Shown here: positions 23,326 to 34,743 of the stretch, piece after piece
Layout of the letters: the number at the start of each line of letters is the position of its first letter
Numbering within the stretch: position 1 is the stretch's first letter
DNA from: Prochlorococcus sp. AG-442-N07
GTDB lineage: Bacteria; Cyanobacteriota; Cyanobacteriia; PCC-6307; Cyanobiaceae
DNA length: 64,000 nt
Assembly (NCBI GenBank): GCA_003209675.1
Contig: QCPX01000008.1
Span: forward strand, 3,429 to 67,428
Direction: 5' to 3'
Notes under the pieces: generated by a model
Database searches by the model: none
What the model saw: only the letters and a program-made list of their open reading frames with translations
Told to the model about the DNA's origin: nothing
Made by a program: the position numbers and the translations under genes

Positions 23326-25923
23326 TTAATTTTCTTTGTCTTGGTTGAATTTGTCTGTTTCTTCTGTTTGTTCATGAGGAACTAATACAACTTCTGATAA
23401 ATGATCGCCCTCATCCAATCTTTGTAATTTTACTCCAGTAGCGGCTCTAGATTGCTGGGATATTTTATCTGCATTTGTTCTAACTATCACACCTTTTTCG
23501 GTCACAAAAAGTAATTCTTCACCTTCACCAAGGACCTTCAAACAAACTAATACATCATCTTTAATTCTGAATTTTATCGCTCTCAAACCCATACCTGCTC
23601 TTTTTTGTAATCTAAATTGAGTTGCAGGTACTCTTTTACCTAGTCCAAATGCACTGGCTATTAGTACCCAAGGACCTTCTGAAGAGTTAACTTCAAGATT
23701 TTCATCAGACTCTTTCGTGAGATCTTCACTTTTAGCTAATTGATCAACTAAATCAGATGTTAAAACATCCATAGATACAAGATTGTCTCCTTTCCTAAGG
23801 TTCATAGATTTAACCCCCCTGGCTGTCCTGCCTAGTGGCCTTAATTCGTTAATATCTAGTCTGAAATGAATCGCCATTCCTGCTCTTGATCCAATCAAAA
23901 CACTGTCACCTTCCTTTGATAATCTAACCCAAGTTAAAGCATCTCCAACCTCAAGATTTATGGCTATTAAACCATTTGATCGAATTTTTGAGAAAGCACA
24001 AAGTGAAGTTCTTTTTATAAATCCAGCCTTGGTTAGCATTAATAGATAACAATCATTATCAAAAGAATCTACTGCAACTAGCGAGGTAATCTTTTCTTCT
24101 CTTGGTATTGGGAGAAGTTGAACTGATGGAGTACCTTTAGCTGTTCTGCTACTCATGGGAACTCTATATGCTGGCAGAGCATAAGATACCCCTCTATCAC
24201 TAAAAAGCAAAAGAGTATCATGATCATTACAGCTTATAAATAGTTTTACTTCATCATCTTCTTGTGTCTTTGTTCCAGCTTTACCTCTAGACCCACGACT
24301 TGTAGATTCGAATTCATTAACAGGCATTCTTTTTAAATAACCTGCTTCAGTCAATAAAACTACAGATCTGTCATTAGCGATAAGATCAATATCATCTAGA
24401 CCACCGCCTAAATCAAGTATTTCTGTTTTTCTTGGAGAGGAAAATCTTTCATCGATTTTATTAAGTTCATCAAGAATAATTTCAAAAATTCTTTCTTTAC
24501 TATTCAATATTTGCTGATATAAGTTGATTTTTCTGGTTAACTCATCATGTTCCCCTTTGATTTTATCTGCCTCTAGTGCTGTTAATCTTCTTAATTGCAT
24601 TTGTAAAATAGCTTCTGCCTGCGTGGCAGATAATTCATGATCAGTTTGTAATGTTTCTCTAGCTGAAACCGTATCTTTTGCTGATCGTATTAGATTAATA
24701 ATCTCATCCATAGCCCCCAATGCTAATAAAAGACCTTTTACGATGTGATCCCTCTCCTCAGCCTTTTTTAATAAAAATCCTGTTCTTCTCCTTATCGTTT
24801 CCACTCTGAAATCTAGAAATACATCCAACATTTTCCTGAGTGAAAGTGTAGTGGGCTCTCCTTTTACTAATGCAAGGATATTTGCACTAAAGTTATTTTG
24901 TAGAGGTGTTAACTTAAATAAATTATTTAAAACTACTTGTGGGTAGGCATCCCTTTTTAATTCAATAACTATCCTCATCCCGTCTCGATCACTTTCATCT
25001 CTAATATCAGAAATTCCTTCTAATTTTTTTTCATTAACCAAGTCAGCAATTCTTTCTATTAATGCTGCTTTATTAGTTTGAAATGGGAGCTCTGTAATTA
25101 TTACTGCATCTTTTTCTGCTCTACCACTGGATTTAATTTGCTCAATATTTGCTACACCTCTCATGGTTATTGAACCTCTTCCTGTCTTGAAAGTTTCTCT
25201 TATGCCATCTCTGCCTAAAATTTGACCACCTGTGGGAAAATCAGGACCCTTAATTATTTCAAAAAGTTCTCTATCTTCAATCGAAGGATTATTGATGATT
25301 GATTTAAGACCATTAATTAATTCCCCTAAGTTATGAGGTGGAATATTAGTTGCCATTCCAACTGCTATTCCAGATGATCCATTTAGTAGTAGTTGAGGGA
25401 TCCTAGCAGGTAAAACTGTTGGCTCTTGCTGAGAACCGTCAAAATTATCCGCGAAATCTACAGTTTCAGATTCAATATCCTCTAATAAACTCTCATCTGT
25501 AAGAGACTGTAAACGAGATTCTGTATATCTCATTGCTGCTGGAGGGTCGTTATCAACAGAACCAAAGTTTCCATGGCCATCTATGAGTGGCATCCTCATA
25601 GAGAAATCCTGAGCCATCCTGACCAAAGCATCATAAACAGCAGTATCGCCATGAGGGTGGTATTTACCTAGCACTTCTCCAACAACTCTTGCACATTTTC
25701 TGTATGGTCTACCGCTAGTTAAACCAAGTTCATACATTGCATAAAGAATTCTTCTATGAACAGGTTTTAATCCATCTCTTGCATCTGGAAGAGCACGACC
25801 GACTATAACGCTCATTGCATACTCAAGGTATGAGCGCGACATCTCGTTTCTTAGGTCAGTCTGAATAATTCGATCGTTATCTTCGCTTAATCCTGAGTTA
25901 TCAGAATCTAAAATATCAGACAT
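23326..25923 (-). CDS. gyrA: DNA gyrase subunit A
   Basis: [30 protein letters not shown], GyrA-box-like SRGSRGK and C-terminal beta-pinwheel repeats. Confidence 0.96.
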   Translation of the reverse strand: MSDILDSDNSGLSEDNDRIIQTDLRNEMSRSYLEYAMSVIVGRALPDARDGLKPVHRRILYAMYELGLTSGRPYRKCARVVGEVLGKYHPHGDTAVYDALVRMAQDFSMRMPLIDGHGNFGSVDNDPPAAMRYTESRLQSLTDESLLEDIESETVDFADNFDGSQQEPTVLPARIPQLLLNGSSGIAVGMATNIPPHNLGELINGLKSIINNPSIEDRELFEIIKGPDFPTGGQILGRDGIRETFKTGRGSITMRGVANIEQIKSSGRAEKDAVIITELPFQTNKAALIERIADLVNEKKLEGISDIRDESDRDGMRIVIELKRDAYPQVVLNNLFKLTPLQNNFSANILALVKGEPTTLSLRKMLDVFLDFRVETIRRRTGFLLKKAEERDHIVKGLLLALGAMDEIINLIRSAKDTVSARETLQTDHELSATQAEAILQMQLRRLTALEADKIKGEHDELTRKINLYQQILNSKERIFEIILDELNKIDERFSSPRKTEILDLGGGLDDIDLIANDRSVVLLTEAGYLKRMPVNEFESTSRGSRGKAGTKTQEDDEVKLFISCNDHDTLLLFSDRGVSYALPAYRVPMSSRTAKGTPSVQLLPIPREEKITSLVAVDSFDNDCYLLMLTKAGFIKRTSLCAFSKIRSNGLIAINLEVGDALTWVRLSKEGDSVLIGSRAGMAIHFRLDINELRPLGRTARGVKSMNLRKGDNLVSMDVLTSDLVDQLAKSEDLTKESDENLEVNSSEGPWVLIASAFGLGKRVPATQFRLQKRAGMGLRAIKFRIKDDVLVCLKVLGEGEELLFVTEKGVIVRTNADKISQQSRAATGVKLQRLDEGDHLSEVVLVPHEQTEETDKFNQDKEN

Positions 25924-26103
25924 ATAAAAATCCTTTTTTTAATAATAATCGCTGATTGTCATAATGAATAAAAAAAAATATTTATTTAATTCCCAAATAC
26001 TCACATTTACACACAAATCAAAATAAAACCTGTTGTTTTTGAATAAACCTTGGCTTATTACCCCTTTAGTTGTTAATTTAATCGAAATAAAAAGAAAAAT
26101 TCC

Positions 26104-27267
26104 GTGAATATTGAACTTGGTTTAAATAAAAAAGTCAGAAGGGCTTATGGCATTGATGAAATAGCTTTAGTCCCCGGTAACAGAACACTTGATTACGATT
26201 TGACTGATCCATCTTGGGCAATAGGTGATATCAAAAGAGAGGTTCCTATCGTAGCTAGTGCCATGGACAGTGTTGTCGATGTAAATACGGCTGTAGAACT
26301 CACAAGATTAGGTTCCATAGGGGTTATTAATATGGAGGGCATACAAACAAGATATGAAAATCCTGATGAAATATTGAATAAAATAGCATCAGTCGGGAAG
26401 AATGATTTCGTTCCGTTAATGCAGAAGATATACAGTGAACCCGTCAAGGAGGGATTGATTTTACAAAGAATTAATGAGGTCAAAGAAGGTGGAGGTATAG
26501 CTGCTTTTAGTGGGACTCCTCAAGCTGCTATTAAGTTTCAAGAAACACTTAATAATTCCAAAATAGATTTATTTTTTCTTCAAGGAACAGTTGTTTCAAC
26601 TGAACATCTTGGTATGGAAGGTAAGGAAACCTTAAATATTAAAGATCTCTGCCAATCTATGAATGTCCCGGTTGTAGCGGGAAATTGTGTTACTTACGAA
26701 GTTGCAAAACTTCTCATGGATGCTGGAGTCTCAGGACTAATGGTTGGGATAGGCCCTGGAGCGGCATGTACATCAAGAGGAGTATTGGGAATTGGAATCC
26801 CTCAAGCAACTGCAATTGCTGATTGTAGTTCGGCAAGAAATGATTACTTTAAAGAAAGTGGTCGTTATATCCCTATTATTGGTGATGGAGGAATTGTAAC
26901 GGGCGGAGATATCTGTAAATGTCTAGCATGTGGAGCAGATGCTGTAATGATTGGATCCCCAATAGCTAAATCCTCAAACGCTCCAGGTAAAGGATTTCAC
27001 TGGGGTATGGCCACTCCAAGTCCAGTATTGCCAAGGGGTACAAGAATTGAAGTTGGTTCTACAGGATCCTTAGAAAGAATAATTAAAGGCCCTGCGTTAC
27101 TTGATGATGGGACACATAACTTATTAGGAGCCATTAGAACCTCAATGAGTACTCTTGGGGCAAAAAATATTAAAGAATTGCAAGAGGTTGAAATAGTTAT
27201 CGCACCATCTCTTCTTACAGAGGGTAAGGTTTATCAAAAAGCTCAGCAGCTTGGGATGGGTAAGTAG
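26104..27267 (+). CDS. guaB: IMP dehydrogenase (cyanobacterial CBS-less GuaB3-type)
   Basis: VGIGPGAACTSR, IGDGGI, MIGS and WGMAT motifs; guaB-Yfr1-trxA synteny. Confidence 0.9.
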   Translation: MNIELGLNKKVRRAYGIDEIALVPGNRTLDYDLTDPSWAIGDIKREVPIVASAMDSVVDVNTAVELTRLGSIGVINMEGIQTRYENPDEILNKIASVGKNDFVPLMQKIYSEPVKEGLILQRINEVKEGGGIAAFSGTPQAAIKFQETLNNSKIDLFFLQGTVVSTEHLGMEGKETLNIKDLCQSMNVPVVAGNCVTYEVAKLLMDAGVSGLMVGIGPGAACTSRGVLGIGIPQATAIADCSSARNDYFKESGRYIPIIGDGGIVTGGDICKCLACGADAVMIGSPIAKSSNAPGKGFHWGMATPSPVLPRGTRIEVGSTGSLERIIKGPALLDDGTHNLLGAIRTSMSTLGAKNIKELQEVEIVIAPSLLTEGKVYQKAQQLGMGK

Positions 27268-27313
27268 TTCATCTACAGCAACACTATAAAACCTTAGTGA
27301 ATTAAGTATTAAA

Positions 27314-27343
27314 TTGAAAAATCTTCTAATTAGGAGTTATTAT
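27314..27343 (+). promoter_or_regulatory. Putative sigma70-type promoter of Yfr1
   Basis: TTGAAA (27314-27319), 18-nt spacer, TATTAT (27338-27343); start expected at ~27350. Confidence 0.55.
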
Positions 27344-27349
27344 TAAATG

Positions 27350-27406
27350 ATGGGGGAAACCCCATACTCCTCACACACTAAATCGCCCGATTAATCGGGC
27401 TTTTTT
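27350..27406 (+). ncRNA. yfr1: Yfr1 small RNA
   Basis: 5' hairpin ATGGGG-GAAA-CCCCAT, the conserved ACTCCTCACAC motif, terminator GCCCGAT-TA-ATCGGGC-TTTTTT; canonical guaB-trxA location. Confidence 0.93.
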
Positions 27407-27497
27407 AGATATTTTGTTACTTATATTATTTTATCTGTAATGAAATCATCACTTAAAAGAATTGCCTGCTAAATTTTCAAAAAGGAATACTTAAATT

Positions 27498-27821
27498 ATG
27501 TCATCAGCTCCAGCCGTAACTGATTCTTCATTTGACAAGGATGTACTGCAAAGTGATCTACCAGTATTGGTTGATTTTTGGGCACCTTGGTGCGGTCCAT
27601 GTAGGATGGTCGCTCCAGTTGTAGAAGAAATCTCAAAAGACTTTGAAGGGAAAATTAAAGTTTTTAAATTAAACACAGATGAGAATCCAAATGTAGCCAG
27701 TCAATACGGAATTAGAAGTATTCCTACGTTAATGATCTTTAAAGGAGGTCAAAAGGTTGATACCGTTGTTGGAGCTGTGCCAAAAGCAACTCTTTCAAGC
27801 ACTTTAACTAAGCATTTATAA
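27498..27821 (+). CDS. trxA: Thioredoxin (m-type)
   Basis: WCGPC active site. Confidence 0.97.
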   Translation: MSSAPAVTDSSFDKDVLQSDLPVLVDFWAPWCGPCRMVAPVVEEISKDFEGKIKVFKLNTDENPNVASQYGIRSIPTLMIFKGGQKVDTVVGAVPKATLSSTLTKHL

Positions 27822-27832
27822 ATTTAAAAGCT

Positions 27833-28450
27833 TTGCATAAAATTGGACTAATAGACTATGGAATGGGTAATATTCATTCTGTAACAAAATCTCTAGAAAG
27901 TCTTGGAGAAGAAATTATATTAATTAAAAACTTTAACGATTCCAGGATTTGTAAGGCGATAATACTTCCTGGGGTTGGAGCATTTGATCCAGCGATGAAT
28001 AATCTTATAAATACTAATTTGATCACTGATTTGAAAAATTGGATTAAAAGTGGAAAGTCCTTTTTGGGGATATGCTTAGGTCTTCAACTCCTTTTTGAAT
28101 CTAGTGATGAAGGAAAAGTTCAAGGTTTGGGGATTTTAAATGGAAAAATACAAAAAATACCCAATATTGTTAATCAAAGAATCCCACATATGGGTTGGTG
28201 CCAACTTTTACCTACAAAACAAAATACATTATTAGAGCTTGAAGAATTAAATAATTGGGTTTATTTTGTACATTCCTATCATGCAATCCCAGATGACTCA
28301 AATATTATTGCAGCTCAGGTTGATTATGGCTCTGAAAAATTAACTGCAATGATTGAATATGATAATTTATTGGCTTGTCAATTTCACCCGGAAAAATCTG
28401 GGAAAACCGGTGAAAAACTTTTGAGAAGATGGCTGAGTAATATTCAATAA
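27833..28450 (+). CDS. hisH: Imidazole glycerol phosphate synthase glutaminase subunit
   Basis: IDYGMGN, LPGVGAF, GICLGLQ, YFVHSY and QFHPEKS motifs. Confidence 0.96.
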   Translation: MHKIGLIDYGMGNIHSVTKSLESLGEEIILIKNFNDSRICKAIILPGVGAFDPAMNNLINTNLITDLKNWIKSGKSFLGICLGLQLLFESSDEGKVQGLGILNGKIQKIPNIVNQRIPHMGWCQLLPTKQNTLLELEELNNWVYFVHSYHAIPDDSNIIAAQVDYGSEKLTAMIEYDNLLACQFHPEKSGKTGEKLLRRWLSNIQ

Positions 28451-28463
28451 CAGATGCTTAGGG

Positions 28464-29063
28464 ATGAAGACTAACTTGAAATTAATAGGTGGTAAAAAAC
28501 TCCAAAGTCCAAATAATTCTTTTACCAGACCTACAACTTTGAGAGTGAGAGAGGCTATATTTAATATATTGAGCAATAGAGTTGAAAATAGTAACTGGTT
28601 AGATTTATTTAGTGGAACAGGGGCTATATCTTGTGAAGCCTATAATCACGGGGCAAGCAAAATACTTGCAATTGATAAAAACAAAATCAACTCAAAAATT
28701 TGCTTAGAAAATATACTCTCGTTGGAGAACATAGAAAATAGAAGAGATGATATCGAAGTTATTTGTAAAGACGTTTTGAAATGGACAAAACCAAATTATG
28801 AGAGAAATTTATCATCTAGAAATATGGATTTAAACGAATTGAAATTTGATTTTGTTTATCTAGATCCTCCTTACGATGTTGATTTCTATGAATTAGTTTT
28901 AAATCAATTATTCAATTGTAATTTATTAAAAAAAGATTCAACAGTTATTTGTGAACATTCTCCAAACTTATTTATTAAAAAAAGTACTTTGTGGGAAACT
29001 ACAGATGTAAGAAATTATGGACAGTCAAGATTAACATTTTTAATCAATGTCCAGCATCCCTGA
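28464..29063 (+). CDS. rsmD: 16S rRNA (guanine966-N2) methyltransferase
   Basis: [20 protein letters not shown] and YLDPPY motifs. Confidence 0.9.
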   Translation: MKTNLKLIGGKKLQSPNNSFTRPTTLRVREAIFNILSNRVENSNWLDLFSGTGAISCEAYNHGASKILAIDKNKINSKICLENILSLENIENRRDDIEVICKDVLKWTKPNYERNLSSRNMDLNELKFDFVYLDPPYDVDFYELVLNQLFNCNLLKKDSTVICEHSPNLFIKKSTLWETTDVRNYGQSRLTFLINVQHP

Positions 29064-29159
29064 ACCTCTTCTGTATTGATTCCATGCACTTACGAATAAT
29101 CCAAGAAGGGTTATTGGAACTAAACCTAAAACAATTCCACACAGAAGAGGCTCGATCAT
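29040..29159 (-). CDS. petG: Cytochrome b6f subunit V
   Basis: Manual translation [39 protein letters not shown] (39 aa); absent from the ORF track. Confidence 0.96.
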   Translation of the reverse strand: MIEPLLCGIVLGLVPITLLGLFVSAWNQYRRGSGMLDID

Positions 29160-29213
29160 TGTTTGCTTTTTTTGAATTTCTTATCCACAATTGTTACATA
29201 GAGACTATTTTTT

Positions 29214-29600
29214 GTGTCAACATCTTCATCAACTGCAGCAGAAACAGACTTTAAAAGAAAATTCATAAAAATATTTTTAATTGTATTTGGATTATTATTA
29301 ATTTGTTTTTCAATATTTTTCGTAAAACATCAAGGAAATAACAAATATATTATTGAAACTCTTGCGATTAATGGCTCTGCTGAGGAAGGAGATGCTCTTT
29401 TTAAGATGAATTGTGTTGGATGTCATGGAATTACAGCAAGAGGATTAGTGGGGCCAGACTTACACTCAATAACTCAACGTTTGAATGATAAAGAGATAAT
29501 AAAACAAGTTACTGGAGGCCTGACTCCTCCTATGCCAAGTTTTGAAATTGATCCTGCAAATATGTCCAATTTATTAAAATATCTTCATAGCCTTGAATGA
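29214..29600 (+). CDS. cytM: Cytochrome cM
   Basis: N-terminal TM helix, CVGCH heme motif, TPPMP axial Met; divergent from petG. Confidence 0.9.
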   Translation: MSTSSSTAAETDFKRKFIKIFLIVFGLLLICFSIFFVKHQGNNKYIIETLAINGSAEEGDALFKMNCVGCHGITARGLVGPDLHSITQRLNDKEIIKQVTGGLTPPMPSFEIDPANMSNLLKYLHSLE

Positions 29601-30349
29601 TTTTGGAAAAAAATTTTTCTAATTTAAAGGTAATATTAGTTGAACCAAATGGCCCTTTAAATGTAGGGAGCATTGCTAGATTATGCTCTAACTTTGAAGT
29701 TGATGAATTAAGAATTGTTTCTCCAAAATGCGATATATTCTCTTTAGAAGCAAAAAAAATGGCTCTTAAAGGTCAAAAATTTCTTAAATATTGTAAGGTT
29801 TTTGATGATCTTCAAAAAGCGATTTTTGATTGTGACTTGGTTCTAGCATCTTGTGGAAGGATTGATGTAAATAAGGATTCATTTTTTGTATCTTCTGAAG
29901 ATATATTTGATTGGACTATATCCTTTAAGAAGATAAATAATTTAGCAATTATATTTGGAAGAGAAGATAGAGGTTTAACTAACAGTGAATTGCTTCTAGC
30001 AAATAAAACTTTTAATATTCCAACTTCTCAGAATAATCCTTCATTAAATCTTTCTCACGCTGTTTCAATAGTTTTGTATGAATTAAATAAGTCTTCTAAA
30101 AGGAATTTAAATAATGAATTAAAAGTTTTTAACTTGGCATCATCGAAAGAAATACATGATACATTTGTTGAGATAGAGGAAATGCTTTTGCGAGTTGGGT
30201 ATCTCTTAAAACACACCTCCAAGGCAAAAATCAGTAAATTTAAGAATTTTATTTTTAGGGCAAATACATCAATGCACGAAATAAATGTTTTAAGAGGAAT
30301 TGTCCATCAAATAAACTGGTTTTTGAACAATTCAAAAAAAAATAAGTAA
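29597..30349 (+). CDS. SPOUT RNA methyltransferase (TrmH/TrmJ family)
   Basis: LNVGSIAR, IIFGREDRGL and SLNLSHAV motifs. Confidence 0.9.
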   Translation: MILEKNFSNLKVILVEPNGPLNVGSIARLCSNFEVDELRIVSPKCDIFSLEAKKMALKGQKFLKYCKVFDDLQKAIFDCDLVLASCGRIDVNKDSFFVSSEDIFDWTISFKKINNLAIIFGREDRGLTNSELLLANKTFNIPTSQNNPSLNLSHAVSIVLYELNKSSKRNLNNELKVFNLASSKEIHDTFVEIEEMLLRVGYLLKHTSKAKISKFKNFIFRANTSMHEINVLRGIVHQINWFLNNSKKNK

Positions 30350-30466
30350 GTATAAATTTGATTAGTTATTAATTTCTTCTTGTTTTAATTTGATAGGAAT
30401 ATTTACTAAAAACATTTTCTGAAGTAGCATCTATTGATTATTTGAATATTCAAGAAAACTAAAACT

Positions 30467-31555
30467 GTGCCTACAACAAAGAAAAGAAGAGTTTTTCCTT
30501 TTACAGCAGTAATTGGTCAAGAAGAGATGAAATTAGCACTCTTGTTAAATGTTATTGATCCAAGAATTGGAGGAGTGATGATAATGGGTGATAGAGGGAC
30601 TGGTAAGTCTACCACAATCAGAGCCTTAGCTGATTTGTTGCCTGCAATCGATGTTGTTAAAGACGATCCATATAATAGTTCACTAGTCGATCCTGATTTA
30701 CAAAGTAAAGAAGTTTTGGAAAAAATTACTCAGGGAGAAAATCTAGAGAGTATGCAAAAACAAGTGCCTATGGTTGACCTGCCTTTAGGGGCTACTGAAG
30801 ACAGGCTTTGTGGAACGATCGATATAGAGAAGGCTTTGAGCGAAGGTGTTAAGGCATTCGAACCAGGTCTATTAGCAAAAGCTAATAGGGGATTACTATA
30901 TGTTGATGAAGTGAATTTACTTGATGATCACTTAGTTGATGTACTTTTAGATTCGGCCGCTTCCGGATGGAATACAGTTGAAAGGGAGGGTGTCTCAGTT
31001 CGACATCCCGCGCGGTTTGTCCTTATTGGTTCAGGAAATCCAGAAGAAGGTGAATTAAGGCCTCAACTATTGGACAGGTTTGGAATGAGTGTTGAAGTTA
31101 AGACAGTTAGAGATGCTGAATTAAGAGTTCAAGTAGTTGATCAAAGAACTTCTTTTGATGATAATCCTGATAAGTTTTCATTGAGTGTTGAGAAACAACA
31201 GGATGAACTTCAACAAAAAGTTATTAAAGCACAAGAAATATTAAATTCTGTTCAAATGGACGATGACTTAAGATTGAATATTTCTGCAATATGCGGCGAA
31301 CTAGATGTGGATGGTTTACGTGGAGATATTGTTACAAATAGGTCTGCAAGGGCAATTGCAGCATTTGAGGGCAGAACTGAAGTGCAAGAAGATGACATAG
31401 CGAGGGTTATTTCTTGTTCTTTAAGACATAGACTTAGAAAAGATCCCTTAGAACAAGTTGATTCAGGTGAAAGAGTTATTCAAGCTTTTTGTAAAGTATT
31501 TGATTTAGATGAAAAAGAAAATCTTTCAAAATTTCAATTGTCTGCCGAAGCATAA
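30467..31555 (+). CDS. chlI: Magnesium chelatase ATPase subunit I
   Basis: [31 protein letters not shown] and LDRFGM motifs. Confidence 0.97.
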   Translation: MPTTKKRRVFPFTAVIGQEEMKLALLLNVIDPRIGGVMIMGDRGTGKSTTIRALADLLPAIDVVKDDPYNSSLVDPDLQSKEVLEKITQGENLESMQKQVPMVDLPLGATEDRLCGTIDIEKALSEGVKAFEPGLLAKANRGLLYVDEVNLLDDHLVDVLLDSAASGWNTVEREGVSVRHPARFVLIGSGNPEEGELRPQLLDRFGMSVEVKTVRDAELRVQVVDQRTSFDDNPDKFSLSVEKQQDELQQKVIKAQEILNSVQMDDDLRLNISAICGELDVDGLRGDIVTNRSARAIAAFEGRTEVQEDDIARVISCSLRHRLRKDPLEQVDSGERVIQAFCKVFDLDEKENLSKFQLSAEA

Positions 31556-31560
31556 TAACA

Positions 31561-32034
31561 GTGAGAATAATTGGGATTGACCCTGGATTAGCTAGAGTTG
31601 GTTATGGAATAATTGAGATAGAAAATGAAAGAAAGATATTATTAGATTGCGGCGTTATTGAGACAGGTAAAGATAAAAAAGAAGAAGATAGACTTTATGA
31701 GATATTCCAAGATCTTAATGAATTAATAAATCATTGGAACCCAACCGAAGCGGCAGTAGAAAAATTTTTCTTTTATAGATCAAGCACTACCATTAGTGTG
31801 GTACAGGCCAGAGGCGTGATTATGATGGTATTGGCATCTAAAAAAATTAATGTTAGTGAGTATTCACCTGCTCAGATAAAATTAACAATTGCTGGTTCTG
31901 GAAAGGCATCTAAGAAAGATATTCTTGATGCTGTTATGTATAACTTAGATCTTAACAAACCTCCAAAACCTGATGATTCAGCAGATGCATTGGCTATAGC
32001 ACTCACAAAACTAAATGAAGATGGCTTTAACTGA
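31561..32034 (+). CDS. ruvC: Holliday junction resolvase
   Basis: IGIDPG, AVEKFFF, QARG and [10 protein letters not shown] motifs. Confidence 0.95.
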   Translation: MRIIGIDPGLARVGYGIIEIENERKILLDCGVIETGKDKKEEDRLYEIFQDLNELINHWNPTEAAVEKFFFYRSSTTISVVQARGVIMMVLASKKINVSEYSPAQIKLTIAGSGKASKKDILDAVMYNLDLNKPPKPDDSADALAIALTKLNEDGFN

Positions 32035-32043
32035 AAATTTAAT

Positions 32044-32601
32044 ATGACGATCTTTGAAAATAAGGAGTTGGAGAGGGATACGTTTAGAAAACTAAGGAAT
32101 GGGATTTCTCTTAATCAAAGAGAAAATGTAGAAAAAAATGTAAGATTATATATTGATTCATTTGTTAAGGGATATAAAAATATTGGTTATATAGCCATAT
32201 ATTGGCCTCTAAAAAATGAAGTTGATATAAGGAGTCTCAAGAAAAAATTTACTTTAGCTTTGCCTAGATGTAAAGATAAAAAAGAGTTGTTATTCTATCC
32301 ATGGGACGAAAAACCTCTTACCAAAGATTCTGAGGGAATACTAAGTCCAAATAACTCTTCCCCATTAAGTCATCTGCAGATAAGCATGATATTTGTACCA
32401 TGTCTTTCCGTTGATAAAAATTTAACAAGATTAGGTTATGGAGGAGGTTATTTTGATAAATTAAGGAGAGATAATGATTGGAGAAATGTTCCATGCATTG
32501 GAGTATTAACTTCTAATTGTGTAAGTACGATTCCATTAACCAAAGCTGATTGGGATATTCCTTTATCGGGCTTTATCACAGAAAAACAAATATTTGTATA
32601 A
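32044..32601 (+). CDS. 5-formyltetrahydrofolate cyclo-ligase
   Basis: IFVPCLSVD...RLGYGGGYFD and WDIPL motifs. Confidence 0.92.
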   Translation: MTIFENKELERDTFRKLRNGISLNQRENVEKNVRLYIDSFVKGYKNIGYIAIYWPLKNEVDIRSLKKKFTLALPRCKDKKELLFYPWDEKPLTKDSEGILSPNNSSPLSHLQISMIFVPCLSVDKNLTRLGYGGGYFDKLRRDNDWRNVPCIGVLTSNCVSTIPLTKADWDIPLSGFITEKQIFV

Positions 32602-32640
32602 TAGGAAATCAATAAAGTGATTAATTTATAGTTTTAAAAA

Positions 32641-33060
32641 ATGGAAAATCAGGAAAAATACAATAATTTATCAATATTAGTAGAAAAGTTGAAGAAATCA
32701 GAAGATCCAAAAAGAAAATATGAATACATTTTGTGGTTAGGCAAAAAATTGAAAGAACCAGATAGTGAAATCCTTGTTGAAGAAAATAAAGTTAAGGGAT
32801 GCGTTTCAGAAGTTTTTGTTAAGGCAACTATTAAAGCCGGTAAATTATTTTGGGAAGGATATTCTGATGCTCTCATAACAAAGGGTTTGTTGGCCTTTTT
32901 AATAAGTGGATTAAATGAATTAACACCAAATCAAGTTGTTGAAATAGATAAGAAATTTATAGAAGATACTGGTTTGAAAGCAAGCTTAACCCCTTCACGT
33001 TCAAATGGTTTTTTAAACATTTTATTGAAAATGAAGTCTCAAGCAAATGAATTTTTGTAG
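32641..33060 (+). CDS. sufE: Fe-S cluster sulfur acceptor SufE
   Basis: VKGCVSEV, SDALITKGL and LTPSRSNG motifs. Confidence 0.93.
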   Translation: MENQEKYNNLSILVEKLKKSEDPKRKYEYILWLGKKLKEPDSEILVEENKVKGCVSEVFVKATIKAGKLFWEGYSDALITKGLLAFLISGLNELTPNQVVEIDKKFIEDTGLKASLTPSRSNGFLNILLKMKSQANEFL

Positions 33061-33104
33061 GCCTAATAATATAAAATTAAACTCAAAGTTAAAAGAAATA
33101 AAAA

Positions 33105-34406
33105 ATGAGAAAATGCAAAATTGGGATTGTAGGATTTGGAACTGTAGGTTCAGGGATTTATAAAATATTAAGTTCTGAAGTTGATTCACATCCAATCCTA
33201 AAAGAAATAGAAATCGCAAAAATAGCAGTTAAAGATCTTAATAAAAAAAGGGATATTGAGCTAGACAATAATTTATTAACTGATGATCCATTTAAATTAA
33301 TTAATGACCCCTCCATAGATGTAATTGTTGAAGTAATGGGTGGAGTTGATTTGGCTAAAGATATTATTTTGCAATCATTAAAATTAGGTAAATCTGTTGT
33401 TACTGCAAATAAAGCTGTCATTGCAAGATATGGAGAAGAAATATATAAAACTGCATCTAAAGAAGGAGTGTATATATTGTCAGAAGCGGCTGTTTGCGGG
33501 GGGATTCCAATAATTGAACCCTTAAAAAGATCATTAAAAAGTAACAGTATAAAAAAAATGGTTGGGATAATAAATGGCACAACAAATTTTATTCTTTCAA
33601 AGATGGCGAATGAAAAAGCTGATTATAAGGAGACTTTAAAATTAGCCCAAAGCCTTGGTTACGCAGAATTTGATCCAACTGCAGATGTTGAGGGGCATGA
33701 TGCTGCTGATAAGATTTCAATCCTTAGTGAACTAGCATTTGGAGGGAAAATCAAAAGAGAGGAGATAAATTCTGAGGGCATTAGTAAAATTAATCTCAAG
33801 GATATCGAATATGCCAATAAATTAGGATTTGAAATAAAACTTTTAGCGCTCTCCGAAAGGGGACAAACAAATAGTAATGATTCACTTGCTTTGAATATTT
33901 GGGTAGGGCCTTCTTTGATTCCAAAATCTCATCCATTGGCAACAGTTAAGGGAGTTAACAATGCCTTATTGATAGAGGCTGATCCTCTAGGAGAGATAAT
34001 GTTGTATGGTCCAGGTGCAGGGAGTGGCCCAACTGCTGCATCTGTAGTATCAGATATATTAAATCTGCATGCCGCCTCGGTAAAAAATAATAATTCAGTC
34101 GATCCATTGTTATCTTTTGATTTCTGGAGAACCTGTCATATTATAGAATCTTCCCAAATAAACAAGAAAAATTATCTTAGAATTATTTGTCTTGATAGTC
34201 CAGGCGTCATAGGAAAGATTGGAGATATTTTTGGAAAGAATAATGTATCAATCGAATCTATTGTTCAACTTGATGCAAGTGAGGACAAAGCAGAAATTGT
34301 CGTTATTACTCATGAGGTGAATAATGGAGATTTTGAGAAATCGAAAGATGAAATAAATTCGCTAAATGAAGTCAAAATTATTGCAAGTCAATTAAGTTGT
34401 ATTTAA
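33105..34406 (+). CDS. hom: Homoserine dehydrogenase with C-terminal ACT domain
   Basis: GFGTVG, VVTANK, GIINGTTN, YAEFDPTADVEG and GPGAG motifs. Confidence 0.96.
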   Translation: MRKCKIGIVGFGTVGSGIYKILSSEVDSHPILKEIEIAKIAVKDLNKKRDIELDNNLLTDDPFKLINDPSIDVIVEVMGGVDLAKDIILQSLKLGKSVVTANKAVIARYGEEIYKTASKEGVYILSEAAVCGGIPIIEPLKRSLKSNSIKKMVGIINGTTNFILSKMANEKADYKETLKLAQSLGYAEFDPTADVEGHDAADKISILSELAFGGKIKREEINSEGISKINLKDIEYANKLGFEIKLLALSERGQTNSNDSLALNIWVGPSLIPKSHPLATVKGVNNALLIEADPLGEIMLYGPGAGSGPTAASVVSDILNLHAASVKNNNSVDPLLSFDFWRTCHIIESSQINKKNYLRIICLDSPGVIGKIGDIFGKNNVSIESIVQLDASEDKAEIVVITHEVNNGDFEKSKDEINSLNEVKIIASQLSCI

Positions 34407-34455
34407 AAAAATAGTTTGCAAATTTCTTTATAGCTTGGTAAACCGAAGAAAGTAA

Positions 34456-34743
34456 GTGTTTGGTTTTAGAACCTTAATGATTCATTCAAAACTATTAGAC
34501 AGTGAAAATAATAATTTAATTTCTTCTGAAAACCTTTATAAAGGTGCTTGTGTAAAAATTAAAAATAGCAATAAGACTTTTCAAGTAATTGGTTTAAATA
34601 TAATTAAAGAAATTTGTTGGGTGAGAGAGTGGCCTTTTGCCTGTAATTCAAAAAAAACATTTGCTTTAGAAATAAATCAAATAACCTTACAAATTTTCTG
34701 CTCAAATAATTCTTCAGAAAAACAAAGTAATTATGAAATATGA
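34456..34743 (+). CDS. Hypothetical protein
   Basis: 95-aa ORF overlapping the start of the ABC binding-protein gene; CWVREWP motif. Confidence 0.55.
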   Translation: MFGFRTLMIHSKLLDSENNNLISSENLYKGACVKIKNSNKTFQVIGLNIIKEICWVREWPFACNSKKTFALEINQITLQIFCSNNSSEKQSNYEI

